A stretch of DNA of 64,000 nucleotides. Source: an uncultured Thermoleophilia bacterium (lineage in GTDB: Bacteria > Actinomycetota > Thermoleophilia > UBA2241). Each line of letters starts with the position of its first letter. Position 1 is the stretch's first letter. Positions 39,493 to 49,915 of the stretch are shown piece after piece. The position numbers and the translations under genes were made by a program. The stretch is from assembly GCA_963715985.1 (NCBI GenBank), contig CAVQSP010000020.1, positions 226,279 to 290,278 on the forward strand, given 5' to 3'. Below the pieces are notes generated by a model. The model was given only the letters and a program-made list of their open reading frames with translations. It made no database searches and was not told the DNA's origin.

Positions 39493-39705
39493 ATGCCCGA
39501 CCTCAAGAAGAAGTTCAGCCGCAGCGACTGGAAGGACTGCTGCGGCAAAGGCTGCAAGAAGTGCGAGATCGCGCAGACGTACATCGGCGTGTACGGCAAG
39601 TCCAAAGGACTCGAGAAGCTGAACGAGGACCGCGCTGCCATGCACGCCAAGAAGGGCGGCAAGCTCAAGGGCGGCAAGAAGAAGGGCGGCGGCAAGAAGT
39701 CGTGA
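39493..39705 (+). CDS. Small Cys-motif, Lys-rich protein (70 aa)
   Basis: DCCGKGCKKC motif, KKGGKLKGGKKKGGGKKS tail; stop overlaps ppx start (GTGA). Confidence 0.7.
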   Translation: MPDLKKKFSRSDWKDCCGKGCKKCEIAQTYIGVYGKSKGLEKLNEDRAAMHAKKGGKLKGGKKKGGGKKS

Positions 39706-41273
39706 TCGCCGCCGCAGCCGAGGTCCTCGGCTGCCTGGACATCGGCACCAACTCGGTGCGCCTGATGGTGGTGCGCATCGAGCCGGGCGGCACGTGGAGC
39801 ACGCTCACCGTGCAGAAGGAGCCCGTGCGGCTGGGCGAGGGCGAGTTCGGTGAGCGGAGCGCCCTGCAACCGCAGGCCATGGACCGCGCGGTGCTCGTCT
39901 GCCGCACCTTCGTCGAACTCGCGCGCGCGCACGGCGCGACCAGCTTCGTGGCCGCCGCCACCTCGGCCACACGCGAGGCCGCCAACCAGACGGTCTTCGT
40001 GCGGCGCCTGCACGAAGAGGCCGGGCTTGACGTGCACGTCGTCTCGGGCAAGGAGGAGGCCCGCCTCATCTTCCTGGGCCTCCTCAGCAGGATCCATCTC
40101 GGTGATCAGCGCGCGGTGGTCATCGACATCGGCGGCGGCAGCACCGAGGTGGCTCTCGGCACCGCCGACGGGGCCGCCTACCTCGAGTCGCTGCGCCTCG
40201 GCGCGATACGCCTGAGCAGCGAGTTCCCCGAGGTCCTCGGCGGTCGCGCGGTCTCCGGCAAGGTGTACGAGGACATGCGCCGCCGCGTGCAGGTCGAGTC
40301 GGCGCGCGTGCGCCGCGACCTCGCCGGGCGCCGCATCGACGTGGCCTACGGCACCTCGGGCACCATCCGCAACCTCGCCAGCGTCATCGTGCGGGTCCTC
40401 AGGGACGGAGCTCCGCAGCGGGAGGACACGATCACGCTGGCCGAGCTGCGCAAGATCAGCAAGCTGCTCCGCGGGCTCGACCTCGAGGAGCGCCGGCGCG
40501 TGGCCGGCCTCAACCCGCTGCGCGCCGACATCGTGGTGGCCGGCGCGGCCATCCTCGACGCGGTGATGGAGGACCTCGGCCTGAAGGAGATCCGCGCCAT
40601 CGCCGAGTGCGGGTTGCGCGAAGGCCTGGTCGTGGACCATCTCGCGCGCGCCGCCGCGCCCGGCTCTCCGGGCTCCCCCACGGTACGCGAGCGCAGCGTG
40701 GTGCAGCTGGCGCGCGCGTGCGCGTTCGACGAGGAGCACGCGCGGCACGTCGCCGCGCTGGCCCTGGAGCTCTTCGACTCGTCGCGGGCGGCCGGCCTGC
40801 ATCGCTACGGCGCCGCGGAGCGCGAGCTCTTCGCGCACGCGGCGCTGCTGCACGACATCGGCACCTTCCTCAGCTATGCGGACCACCACCTGCACAGCTA
40901 CTACCTCATCCGCCATGCAGACCTCGTGGGGTTCGACGAGAGCGAGATCGCGGCCATGGCGGCTATCGCGCTCTTCCACCGCAAGTCACGCCCGGGCGGC
41001 AGGCACGAGGCGTTCGAGGGGCTCGACAGGCCGTGGCGCTCGCGGGTGCGCGTGCTGAGCGCGCTGCTGCGCCTGGCCGAGTACCTCGACCGCGGCCACG
41101 CCCGGGCCGTGGCGCATGCCGCCCTCCAACGCGACGCCGGGAGGGCGCTCGTCCTCGCGGTACAGCCGGCGTCGGACTGGCACCTGGAGCGCTGGCGTCT
41201 GGAGAACCGCCGGGAGACGCTGGAGAAGGCGCTCGGGCGCGACCTGACCGTGATCGAGGTGGACGGCGCCTGA
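39702..41273 (+). CDS. ppx: Ppx/GppA exopolyphosphatase with HD domain
   Basis: DIGTNS, ATSATREA, DIGGGSTE, GLREG, LLHDIG. Confidence 0.92.
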   Translation: MIAAAAEVLGCLDIGTNSVRLMVVRIEPGGTWSTLTVQKEPVRLGEGEFGERSALQPQAMDRAVLVCRTFVELARAHGATSFVAAATSATREAANQTVFVRRLHEEAGLDVHVVSGKEEARLIFLGLLSRIHLGDQRAVVIDIGGGSTEVALGTADGAAYLESLRLGAIRLSSEFPEVLGGRAVSGKVYEDMRRRVQVESARVRRDLAGRRIDVAYGTSGTIRNLASVIVRVLRDGAPQREDTITLAELRKISKLLRGLDLEERRRVAGLNPLRADIVVAGAAILDAVMEDLGLKEIRAIAECGLREGLVVDHLARAAAPGSPGSPTVRERSVVQLARACAFDEEHARHVAALALELFDSSRAAGLHRYGAAERELFAHAALLHDIGTFLSYADHHLHSYYLIRHADLVGFDESEIAAMAAIALFHRKSRPGGRHEAFEGLDRPWRSRVRVLSALLRLAEYLDRGHARAVAHAALQRDAGRALVLAVQPASDWHLERWRLENRRETLEKALGRDLTVIEVDGA

Positions 41274-41295
41274 GGCGCCGCCGCACCGCAAGCCC

Positions 41296-43186
41296 TCAGA
41301 TCTCCGCGATCACCGTGGCGAGCTCGCGGCTGAAGTCGCTGCCCCCCACCGTCGGCCACACCTCGGGGAACCCGAGTACGAGCCGCTCCATCTCCTCCTG
41401 GCGCGCCGCCAAGTAGCGCGCGGCCCCGGGCGCCACGATGACCTCGAGCGGGCCCGGCAGGTCGTGGCCGCTGTGCCGCCACGTGCCCCAGGTGAGGAAG
41501 TCGCGCAGGATGCCGCAGGTGACCACGGCGTCCTGCAGGTCGCCGAGGTGGTCCTGCAGGTTCTTGACCTTCTTGATGAGCGGACGGGCGCCCTCGCCGA
41601 GCACGTCCTCGAAGAACTCGAGCGTGTAGCGGAGGCCCTTGCACCCCTTGCGGAGGGCGTGGAAGCGGGGCAGCGGCGTCTCCAGCCCGCCGAGCTGGCC
41701 CTCGAAGGCCCAGACCTCGCCCATGTCGCGGTACAGCACGCCGGGCAGCACCTGCGCCACGCGCTGGGGACGCGGGTCGCCGGTCTGCACCGCGGCGACG
41801 CGCTCGAGCGGCCCGTCGACGAGCTCGCGGAACGTCTCCACGAACGTGCGGTACCGTCCGCTGTCCAGGTACGCGACCAGGTGCTCGCGCTGCTTGTCGC
41901 GCTCGGCGCGGCACGCCGCGAGCAGGTCGTCGAGGTCGCCGGCGTGCTCCGGCGGCAGGGTGTCCAGGTAGTCCTGCGTCTTCTCCTGGAAGACGTCGAG
42001 GTCACGCACGGCGCCGAGCACCCGCCCCGTGCGACGCAGTCCCTTGAGCACGGGGCGCAGCTCGGCGCGGCCCAGGTAGTCGTCGAACACGCGCAGCGCC
42101 ATGCGCATGCGCCGCGTGGAGACGCGCATCACGTGCAGCTCCTCGGAGTCCTCGCCCAGACGCGTGCCATCCTCGTGTTCAAGCATGCGGTCCAGGTGGA
42201 AGGCGAGCGTCTTGACGGCCGCTTGCACCATGGTGTCCGAGGCATGGATGCCGGGGCGCTTCTTCTTCTCGTCGGCCTCGGGCGGGTCCGCAGGCGCCGC
42301 CGCGACGGCGGGCGCACCTGCCTCGGGAGCCGCGCCGGCCGGGGCCGCCCCGTAGATGCCTGCGCCCTCGGCGCGGTACCGCGCCGCCCAGTACCGCACG
42401 CGGCGCGTGGAGAGGCCGGCGCGCGCGGCGGCGGCCATGGTGCCGAGCCCTTCGTCGAGCGCCAGGAGCGCCACCGCCCGGCGGGCGCGGGCGTCGTCGC
42501 CGGCCGCATACGTCTCGTGCAGGGCACGCTCGTCGGCCGGGAGCAGGCTGCCGCCCTCGCCCGGCGGCCGTCTCGGCGGCCTCCGTCATCTCCAGCGCGC
42601 GCGCGAACTTGGCGCGCGTCTCCGGTGTGAGGCCGGGCTCGCCGGCGAGCGCCGCGGTCAGTCTCTCGAGGTCGTCGTCGCGGCCTGCGGCGCGCAGCTC
42701 GACCTCGACTTCGAACCAGCGCCGGGCACGTCCGCCGGCGGCCACGGTGACGTCGTCGAGGCTGAGCTCGGCCACTTCGCGTTCGCCTTCGTAGACGCGC
42801 CGCGCCACCCGCTCCTGCTCCAGGAAGAGGAAGGGCTCCAGCGGCGCCCCGCCGGCCACGCTCTCCACGCGCTCGCGCAGCTCGCCGCGCGGCCACTCGG
42901 CCGGCGGCACGTCCGCGACCACGAGCGCCTCGAGCTCTTCGCGGCGCAGCACGCCGCCGGCGCCGCTCACGAGCTGCTTGAGCGTGATCTTGACGCCGCC
43001 GTCGGTCTCCCGCCGGCGCAGGTAATACCCCGCGCCGAGGAAGCGCCTGTCGGCAGTGTCGAGAAAGGTGTCGCGGTCGCGGCGGCGCTCGCCGGGGTCG
43101 ACCTCATACCCTGCCAGCGCCGGGGTGTTCGTCAGGCGGTCCAGCGTCTCCGCATCCGCCACCGTGTATTTGGCCTCGACCTCCAC
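41296..43186 (-). CDS. CYTH-HTH-CHAD protein (frameshift near 42560)
   Basis: N-terminal EVEAK..DT..LRRR..EVEVE (CYTH); RAVALL..GLSTRRVRYW (HTH); HxMRVxTRR, RDLDV, HxLR, LQDHLGDLQD (CHAD). Confidence 0.75.
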
Positions 43187-43190
43187 GACG

Positions 43191-43679
43191 TCACACCCCC
43201 GCCAGCTGTGACGGCGTGAGCAGCCACGCGAGCACGCCGCCGTCCAGTCCGGGGCCGCGCACGTCCACGCGCGCCAGCCCGCCCTTCTTCATGTCCACCC
43301 GCCCCCCGCCGATGAGCTCGGCGATGGTCAGGCTGAGATCCGGTTCGTGGCCCACCACCATGAGGTTCTCCACCCCCGCGTGGTCGGCGACGATCCGCGC
43401 CAGTACTTCCGCGTCCAGGCCGTGACCGAGCCGTTCGTCGTCGACGAGCACGTCGCGCAGCCCGAGGCCGTCGGCGACGAGCTCGGCAGTCCTCCGCGCC
43501 CGCGCGAGCGGGCTCGTGACGATGAGCTCGAGACCGGGCGTGAAGCGGCCGACGGCGGGGGTCTCGGCAGCTATGAGCCTCTCGCCCTCGTCGGTGAGGG
43601 GGCGCAGCCCGTCCGCCTTGTGCCAGTCGCCACGCGCCGCGGCCTTGCCGTGCCGCAGGAAGTACAGGCGCACCGTCAC
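43191..43679 (-). CDS. sixA: SixA-like phosphohistidine phosphatase
   Basis: RHGKA, RPLT, SPLARA..TA, VGHEP. Confidence 0.88.
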   Translation of the reverse strand: MTVRLYFLRHGKAAARGDWHKADGLRPLTDEGERLIAAETPAVGRFTPGLELIVTSPLARARRTAELVADGLGLRDVLVDDERLGHGLDAEVLARIVADHAGVENLMVVGHEPDLSLTIAELIGGGRVDMKKGGLARVDVRGPGLDGGVLAWLLTPSQLAGV

Positions 43680-45913
43680 TCCTCGCCCTGCCGCAGCACG
43701 GCCTCGCGCGCCTGCGTCACGAACCACTCCTGGGCGTTCAGGTGCTCCTCGCCGTCGCCCGGCCAGACGTGCTCCCAGACGCCGTCGGCGTGCAACACGC
43801 GGGTCTTCATGTTGTCGCGCATGTACACCGGGAGGATCTCGTCGCGGATCTTGCGCAGGATGCCCTTGTCCCGTACGGGGAAGAGGATCTCCACACGCCG
43901 GTTGAGGTTGCGCGGCATGAGGTCGGCGCTGCCCAGCAGCACCTCCTCCTCCCCGCCGTTGCGGAACCAGTAGACGCGGCTGTGCTCGAGGAAGCGCCCG
44001 ACGATGCTGCGCTCCGTGATGTTCTCGCTCACGCCCGGGATGCCGGGGCGCAGGCAGCACATGCCGCGCACGTTCAGCTCGACCTTGACCCCGGCCTGGG
44101 AGGCGCGGTACAGGCGGCGTATCATGGGCTTGTCCACGAGCGAGTTCATCTTGAAGATGAGGTGGGCCTCCTCCCCGTTCTCCGCGTGCGCGATCTCGCG
44201 GTCGATGCGCTCCTCGATGCCGCGGCGCATGGCCGCCGGCGCCACCAGGAACTTGCGGTAGTCCCCGGCGGTGGCGTAGCCCGTGAGCGAGTTGAACACC
44301 ACCGAGGCGTCCGCCCCGAGGTCCTCGTCGCAGGTGAGGTAGCCCAGGTCGGTGTACTGCTTGGTGGTGACGCTGTTGTAGTTGCCGGTGCCCAGGTGTA
44401 CGTACCGGCGGATGCGGTCACCCTCGCGGCGCACGACGAGCATGATCTTGGAGTGCGTCTTGAGGCCGACCAGGCCGTACACCACGTGCACGCCCTCGCG
44501 CTCCAGGGCCTTGGCCCAGCCGATGTTGCTCTCCTCGTCGAAGCGCGCCTTGAGCTCCAGGAGGACGGCCACCTGCTTGCCGTTGGCGGCGGCCTCCATG
44601 AGCGCGTCCACCACCGGGGCGTTGCGGCCCACGCGGTACAGCGTCGTCTTGATGGCCAGCACGTCGGGGTCGTTGGCAGCGGTGGTGACGAAGTCGACCA
44701 CGGGGTCGAACGAGTCGTAGGGGTGGTGAAGCAGGATGTCGCGGTGGCGGATGGCGGCGAAGATGTCCGGGGCCTCGGCGCCCTCGAGCACCGGCGGCGT
44801 GGCCTGGAGGAGCGGCAGGTACGAGAGCTCGGGCCTGTCGATGCGCTGCAGGTCCCACAGGCTGCTGAGGCCCAGAGGCTCCTTGACCGTGTACATGTCC
44901 TCGTCGGAGAGCTCGAGGTTCTCGGTGAGGATGCCGCGGATGCGCTCGGGCATGTTCTCGCTCACGGTTACGCGGATCACCGAGCCGAAGCGGCGGCGGC
45001 GGACGAAGCTCTCGATGGTCTCGAGGAGGTCGTCCGCCTCCAGCTCCTGGATGGCCAGCTCGGCGTCCCTGGTGACACGGAAGGCGTGGGACTCGAGCAC
45101 TTCCATGCCCGGGAAGAGCGACTGCAGGTTGGCGGCGATGACCTGCTCGAGCCAGGTGAACCACTGCTCGGGAGGGGCCTCGCCGCCGTCCTCCGACAGG
45201 CTCACGTGGCCGGCCGGCGCGGCGACGGGCACGAGGCGCGGCACCGGCGACCCGGGCACCTTGACGCGCGCGAAGCGCTCCTCGCCGCTCTGGTCGCGGA
45301 CCAGCACGGCGAGGTTGTGGCTCATGTTGGAGATGTGCGGGAACGGCCGCCCCGGGTCGAACGCCAGCGGCGTGAGCACCGGGAAGATCTGCTGCTCGTA
45401 GTACGCGTCCAGGGCCGCCCGCTGGCTGGCGTCGAGCCGCGCGTAGTCGACGATGTGGATGCCGGCGGCGTCGAGCTCGGGGAGCAGGTCGGCGAAGCAC
45501 TGGCGTGCCTCCTGCATGAGCCCCCAGGCGCGCTCGCGCACGATGGGCAGCAGCTTCTGCGGCGTGTAGCCGTCGGCCGAGACCTCGGTGACGCCGGCCT
45601 CCACCTGCTGGCGCAGGCCGGCGATGCGCACCATGAAGAACTCGCCGAGGATGGAGCCCACGATGCCGACGAACTTGACGCGCTCGAGCAGCGGGTTGTT
45701 GGCGTCGCGGGCCTCGTCGACGACGCGCTCGAAGAAGTCGAGCATGCTGAGCTCGCGGTTCATGAACAGCGCGGGGTCGCGCAGGTCGGCGTCGATCTTC
45801 TCCGCCGCCGGGAGCGCCTCCGCGCCGAACTCCTCGTGGGCCGCCTGCGTGGACTGCTTGATCGCCTGCCGGCCGTGGTACTCGTCCGCGCGCGTGCGGT
45901 TGTCGCCCCCCAT
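43676..45913 (-). CDS. ppk1: Polyphosphate kinase 1
   Basis: NRELS, HHPYDSF, ELKARFDE, KTHSK, GTGNYN, GRFLEHSR. Confidence 0.96.
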   Translation of the reverse strand: MGGDNRTRADEYHGRQAIKQSTQAAHEEFGAEALPAAEKIDADLRDPALFMNRELSMLDFFERVVDEARDANNPLLERVKFVGIVGSILGEFFMVRIAGLRQQVEAGVTEVSADGYTPQKLLPIVRERAWGLMQEARQCFADLLPELDAAGIHIVDYARLDASQRAALDAYYEQQIFPVLTPLAFDPGRPFPHISNMSHNLAVLVRDQSGEERFARVKVPGSPVPRLVPVAAPAGHVSLSEDGGEAPPEQWFTWLEQVIAANLQSLFPGMEVLESHAFRVTRDAELAIQELEADDLLETIESFVRRRRFGSVIRVTVSENMPERIRGILTENLELSDEDMYTVKEPLGLSSLWDLQRIDRPELSYLPLLQATPPVLEGAEAPDIFAAIRHRDILLHHPYDSFDPVVDFVTTAANDPDVLAIKTTLYRVGRNAPVVDALMEAAANGKQVAVLLELKARFDEESNIGWAKALEREGVHVVYGLVGLKTHSKIMLVVRREGDRIRRYVHLGTGNYNSVTTKQYTDLGYLTCDEDLGADASVVFNSLTGYATAGDYRKFLVAPAAMRRGIEERIDREIAHAENGEEAHLIFKMNSLVDKPMIRRLYRASQAGVKVELNVRGMCCLRPGIPGVSENITERSIVGRFLEHSRVYWFRNGGEEEVLLGSADLMPRNLNRRVEILFPVRDKGILRKIRDEILPVYMRDNMKTRVLHADGVWEHVWPGDGEEHLNAQEWFVTQAREAVLRQGEE

Positions 45914-46074
45914 CGCCCGCTCACCTCCTCCGTACGCGCGCCTCGCGCGTCATCTTCGTCTGGACTACTAAGTATATGACGCCACGGGACCCGCTGCCCG
46001 GACGGCACGACGCGGCGGCCCGGGCGGCCTACCCTCTGGTAAGCCGCCCGGGCCGCCGCGTCACGAGCGTGTTC

Positions 46075-46308
46075 TCAGAAGCCCATGTTCTCCACGCGCT
46101 CGATGCCCGGCACCACGTTCTTGAGGTGGCGCTCGACGCCGTTGGTGAGCGTGAGCTGGGACATCGGGCAGCCGGCGCAGGCGCCCTGGAGGCGTACCTG
46201 GACGACCCCGTCCTGCACGTCGACAAGCTCGATGTCGCCACCGTCGGCCTGGAGGGCCGGACGGATGTCGCCGAGAGCCTGTTCGACCTGCTCCTTGAGT
46301 TCAGTCAT
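46075..46308 (-). CDS. NifU-C/Nfu Fe-S carrier
   Basis: IRPALQADGGD, GACAGCP. Confidence 0.9.
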   Translation of the reverse strand: MTELKEQVEQALGDIRPALQADGGDIELVDVQDGVVQVRLQGACAGCPMSQLTLTNGVERHLKNVVPGIERVENMGF

Positions 46309-46314
46309 TTGTTG

Positions 46315-46761
46315 TCACCTCCTCGAGGTGCTCGGGCGGCCCTCGGTGCCCACAGGGCACCGACGCTGATCGGCGAGGGCCGCGAACGTCACAGTCTGTA
46401 GTTCTTGCGTGAGGAGCGTCTCGAGACCGCTCCAGAACTGATGGGTGTCGCAGCCGTCGTCGCCGCACGGTTCTACCCGCTGGCGGCAACGGCAAAGCAG
46501 GATGGGTCCTTCGACGGCCTCGTACACGTCCCGCACGGTGATGTCGGCGGCGGGACGCGCCAGCATGACGCCGCCCTGTTGCCCGCGCATGGTGCGCACG
46601 AGGCCTGCCCGCGCGAGATCCTGGATCACCTTGGCAAGGCGGGCGCTGGGGATGCGCTGCGCGGCGGCGATGTCACTGGTGTGCACCACGGCTCCCGCCT
46701 CGTGACGGGACAGCTCGAAGACGGCGCGCACGGCGTAGTCGGCCTGGGTGGAGAGCTTCAT
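46315..46761 (-). CDS. Rrf2 family regulator (IscR-like)
   Basis: YAVRA, RGQQGG, AVEG, C-terminal Cys residues. Confidence 0.88.
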   Translation of the reverse strand: MKLSTQADYAVRAVFELSRHEAGAVVHTSDIAAAQRIPSARLAKVIQDLARAGLVRTMRGQQGGVMLARPAADITVRDVYEAVEGPILLCRCRQRVEPCGDDGCDTHQFWSGLETLLTQELQTVTFAALADQRRCPVGTEGRPSTSRR

Positions 46762-46857
46762 GACCCCTTTCTACACGAAAAGGAAAACAATGTCCAGTTA
46801 GTCCGCTTTGACCGTCGTCGAGGGAGGACGCGAGCCGGAGTCAGGCTGCTGCGGACG

Positions 46858-48909
46858 TCAGCTTTCGTCCCAGGCCCAGGCGAGGTTGCGGGCGTGCGAT
46901 GCCTCGTACACCGGGTCCACGGTGACGCCGTCGGCGACGAACTGCGCGGCCGGCAGATCGAGCTCGTGCCTCCCCACGCCCCTGCCCTTGGCCTCGGCCA
47001 CCGCCTCGTGGACGCCGACGATGTACCGCTCGTTGGCGTCGATGATGGACTTGGGCCTGGGCAGGCCGTGGCTCGGCACGATGAGGTCCGCAGGGAGTTG
47101 CTTGAGCTGGCGCAGCGTGCGCACCCAGATCTCCGTGGCGTCCCGCTGCGCGAAGCTGGGAAGGGGCCACTCCACCGTGTCCCCAGCCAGGAGGATGCCG
47201 GCCGCGGCCACGAACACCACGAGCGAGTCCTCGCTGTGCCCCGGCGTGTGGATGAGGTGCACCGTCTCGGGCTCGTCGGTGTAGGTGAGCCGGTCGCCGA
47301 AGGTGATGGTGGGCAGCGGCACCCCCTCCGGAGGCTGCTCGGGGATCGCCTCGTCGGCGGTGGTGCCCTGTGCCACCATGAGCCGCGGGCAGGTGCGATG
47401 CGCCACGATGTCGCCGCCGGCGAACGCGGCGTTGCCGTACACGTGGTCCCAGTGGTGATGGGTGTTGACCACGACCACGCGGCGGCCGCCCGCCTGCCGC
47501 TTGAGGAGGGCGAGCACGGGCTCCATGTCCTGCGGTCGCGAGAGCGTGTCGACGACGAACGCCCTCGACGGCGTGAGGACCACGGCGCTCACCGTGGGGA
47601 AGCCTTCGGCGACGATGCGCTCGGTCCACACGTCTGGTGCGAGATGGTCCACGTCCCCTCCTCTCAAGTCAGACTGGCCGACGACCACGATGTGCTCCGG
47701 CGCCGCGGTGATGACCTCGAGCCCGGCCTCCGTGACCACCCAGGTGTTCTCCACCCCGACGGCTCCCAGACCGGGCAGGACGAACTTGGGCTCGAGCGCG
47801 AAGACCATGCCCGGCTCGAGCTCGAGCTCGTTGGCGGCCAGCACGGGCAGCTCGTCGAGCTCCAGGCCCACGCCGTGCCCGATGAACCTCACCTGGGCCG
47901 CGCCGTGCCCCATGAAGTCGGCGGCGAGGCCTTCATCTGCGGCGGCGGCCACGGCGGTCTCGTACAGCGTACGACAGGTCACGCCGGGACGCGCTGCAGC
48001 CACCACCTCGGCCTCGATGCGCAGGGCGGCCCCGTAGGCACGGGTCAGCTCCGCCGGCATCTCGCCCAGCGAGAACATGCGCGTGAAGTCGGTGATGTAC
48101 CCCTCCCGCACCGCCACGAAGTCGAACACCACGGGCTCGCCGCGGCCGATGCGCCTGAAGCTCACGCCCTGGGCCACGGCCGCACTCAGCCCGGTGCCGG
48201 CCAGCGGCGTGTCCAGGTAGCTGCCGGCCGTGCCGCTCACACCGGTGAGCAGCTGGCCGTAGAACATCTCCTGGTTGAAGCCACGCATGCGGATGATGCC
48301 CTCGTGGCCAAGGCGGCGGGCCTCGGCCTCCACGAGACCGGCGAACTGCGCCTCCGTGAGGCCCTCTCGCAGGATGCCGGGGATGCGCTCGTACACCGCC
48401 GTGGTGAGCGCGGCCGCGGCACGCTGGCGCGCGATCTCCCAGGCGGACTTGACCGCCCGCAGGCGCATGAGGTCGCGGCCCACGTCGTGGGTCTCGGCCT
48501 CGGGGAACAGGCGCTCGAGGCGACGGAACTCCGCCACCGGCAGCACGTCCAGCTCCAGCCCGAGCCGGACCGGCGCACGGCCGTGGCGGGCGGCGACCGC
48601 CGCCGGCAGGTCGCGCAGGTCGCCGAGCTCGACCACGGCCGCGAGCGGCGACTCCAGGCGTGCGCGTTCGACGAGCTTGCGCACGAACAGCGTGGCCTCG
48701 CCCGCAGCCGGCACGTAGAGGAACGAACGCTGCACCGTGCCGCTGAAGTAGTACAGGTCGGCGTTCTGCACGATGAGGGCCGCGTCCAGGCCGCGCGCGG
48801 CCAGCACGTCCTGCAGCGCGGCGAGGCGCCGCGACGTCTCAGTGGCGGGGACGAGCGAGGCACCGGGCTCGAGGAGCGGCGGCGCGACGGACGGATCGCC
48901 GGCGTTCAC
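46858..48909 (-). CDS. Xaa-Pro (M24) peptidase joined in frame to an MBL-fold hydrolase
   Basis: Creatinase_N + DFTR, GHGVGLELDE, EP, GVEN; then THHHWDH, TPGHS, AGD, PSHG. Confidence 0.8.
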   Translation of the reverse strand: MNAGDPSVAPPLLEPGASLVPATETSRRLAALQDVLAARGLDAALIVQNADLYYFSGTVQRSFLYVPAAGEATLFVRKLVERARLESPLAAVVELGDLRDLPAAVAARHGRAPVRLGLELDVLPVAEFRRLERLFPEAETHDVGRDLMRLRAVKSAWEIARQRAAAALTTAVYERIPGILREGLTEAQFAGLVEAEARRLGHEGIIRMRGFNQEMFYGQLLTGVSGTAGSYLDTPLAGTGLSAAVAQGVSFRRIGRGEPVVFDFVAVREGYITDFTRMFSLGEMPAELTRAYGAALRIEAEVVAAARPGVTCRTLYETAVAAAADEGLAADFMGHGAAQVRFIGHGVGLELDELPVLAANELELEPGMVFALEPKFVLPGLGAVGVENTWVVTEAGLEVITAAPEHIVVVGQSDLRGGDVDHLAPDVWTERIVAEGFPTVSAVVLTPSRAFVVDTLSRPQDMEPVLALLKRQAGGRRVVVVNTHHHWDHVYGNAAFAGGDIVAHRTCPRLMVAQGTTADEAIPEQPPEGVPLPTITFGDRLTYTDEPETVHLIHTPGHSEDSLVVFVAAAGILLAGDTVEWPLPSFAQRDATEIWVRTLRQLKQLPADLIVPSHGLPRPKSIIDANERYIVGVHEAVAEAKGRGVGRHELDLPAAQFVADGVTVDPVYEASHARNLAWAWDES

Positions 48910-48943
48910 GGCAGGCGTACGGGACGAGCGGGGACGGCTCGCT

Positions 48944-49915
48944 TCACATCACCGGGAAGGACACGGTGCGCCAGAGCACCAGGACCACGAGGACGGCCGC
49001 CACGGTGGCCAGCATGGCGGCGTCGCGCGCGCCCCATGGGGCGCGAAGGTCACGCCGCCCGAACCCTGTGAGCGCCTCCACGGCGAGGACACCGCCGATG
49101 AGCCCGCCGATGTGCCCCTGCCAGGAGATGCCCGGCATCACGAAGGTGATCACGAGGTTGATGAGGATGACCGTGCCCATACTGCTCAGGGCGCGGCCGG
49201 CCGCGCTGTCGCGGAAGTGGAAGCTGTACATGAAGAGGGCGCCGAAGATGCCGAAGATGGCCGTGGACGCGCCGATGGTGACGGAGAAGGGCGCGGCCAG
49301 CAGGTACACCGCCACGTTGCCGGCCACGCCGGCGACAAGGTAGATGGCGATGTACTTGCCGCGCCCGGCCAACGCTTCGAGGAACGAGCCGCCCAGGTAC
49401 AGCGCGTACATGTTGAACGCGATGTGCAGCAGGCCGCCGTGCAGGAACATGGCCGTGAAGAGGCGCCAGTACTCGTGCTTGACCGCCACGTAGGTCGGCA
49501 CCAGGGCGCCCATGTCCACGAGGGTCTGGGTGGAGCCGCCGCCCATCACGCCCACCGCGCCCAGCACCATCTCCGCGAGGAAGATGACGACGTTGATGCC
49601 GATGAGCACCTTGGTCACGGGGGCGGCGCCGGACATCATGCCGCCGCCCGCACTCCAGCGGGAGCGCACTTGGCCACGTGTGATGACCTTGGCCCGGGAG
49701 CCTGGGCCGCGCTGCTCGCGCACGCACTCGGGGCAACGGAAGCCCACCGGGGCCGGGATCATGCACTCGTGGCAGATGGGGCGGCCGCAGTTGGAGCACG
49801 AGACGCCGGTCTCGCGACTCGGGTGCCGGTAGCAGTGCTGCACCTGGAGGTCCGGGGGCAGCTGCGTCTCGAAGTCGGGCGGCATGTCGGCGCCTGGATA
49901 CTGAGGGGTGCTCAT
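48944..49915 (-). CDS. Rhomboid protease with N-terminal B-box zinc finger
   Basis: CYRHP..CxxC..CxxC..CPEC; WRL, H..FN, GAS, GHIGG. Confidence 0.92.
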   Translation of the reverse strand: MSTPQYPGADMPPDFETQLPPDLQVQHCYRHPSRETGVSCSNCGRPICHECMIPAPVGFRCPECVREQRGPGSRAKVITRGQVRSRWSAGGGMMSGAAPVTKVLIGINVVIFLAEMVLGAVGVMGGGSTQTLVDMGALVPTYVAVKHEYWRLFTAMFLHGGLLHIAFNMYALYLGGSFLEALAGRGKYIAIYLVAGVAGNVAVYLLAAPFSVTIGASTAIFGIFGALFMYSFHFRDSAAGRALSSMGTVILINLVITFVMPGISWQGHIGGLIGGVLAVEALTGFGRRDLRAPWGARDAAMLATVAAVLVVLVLWRTVSFPVM

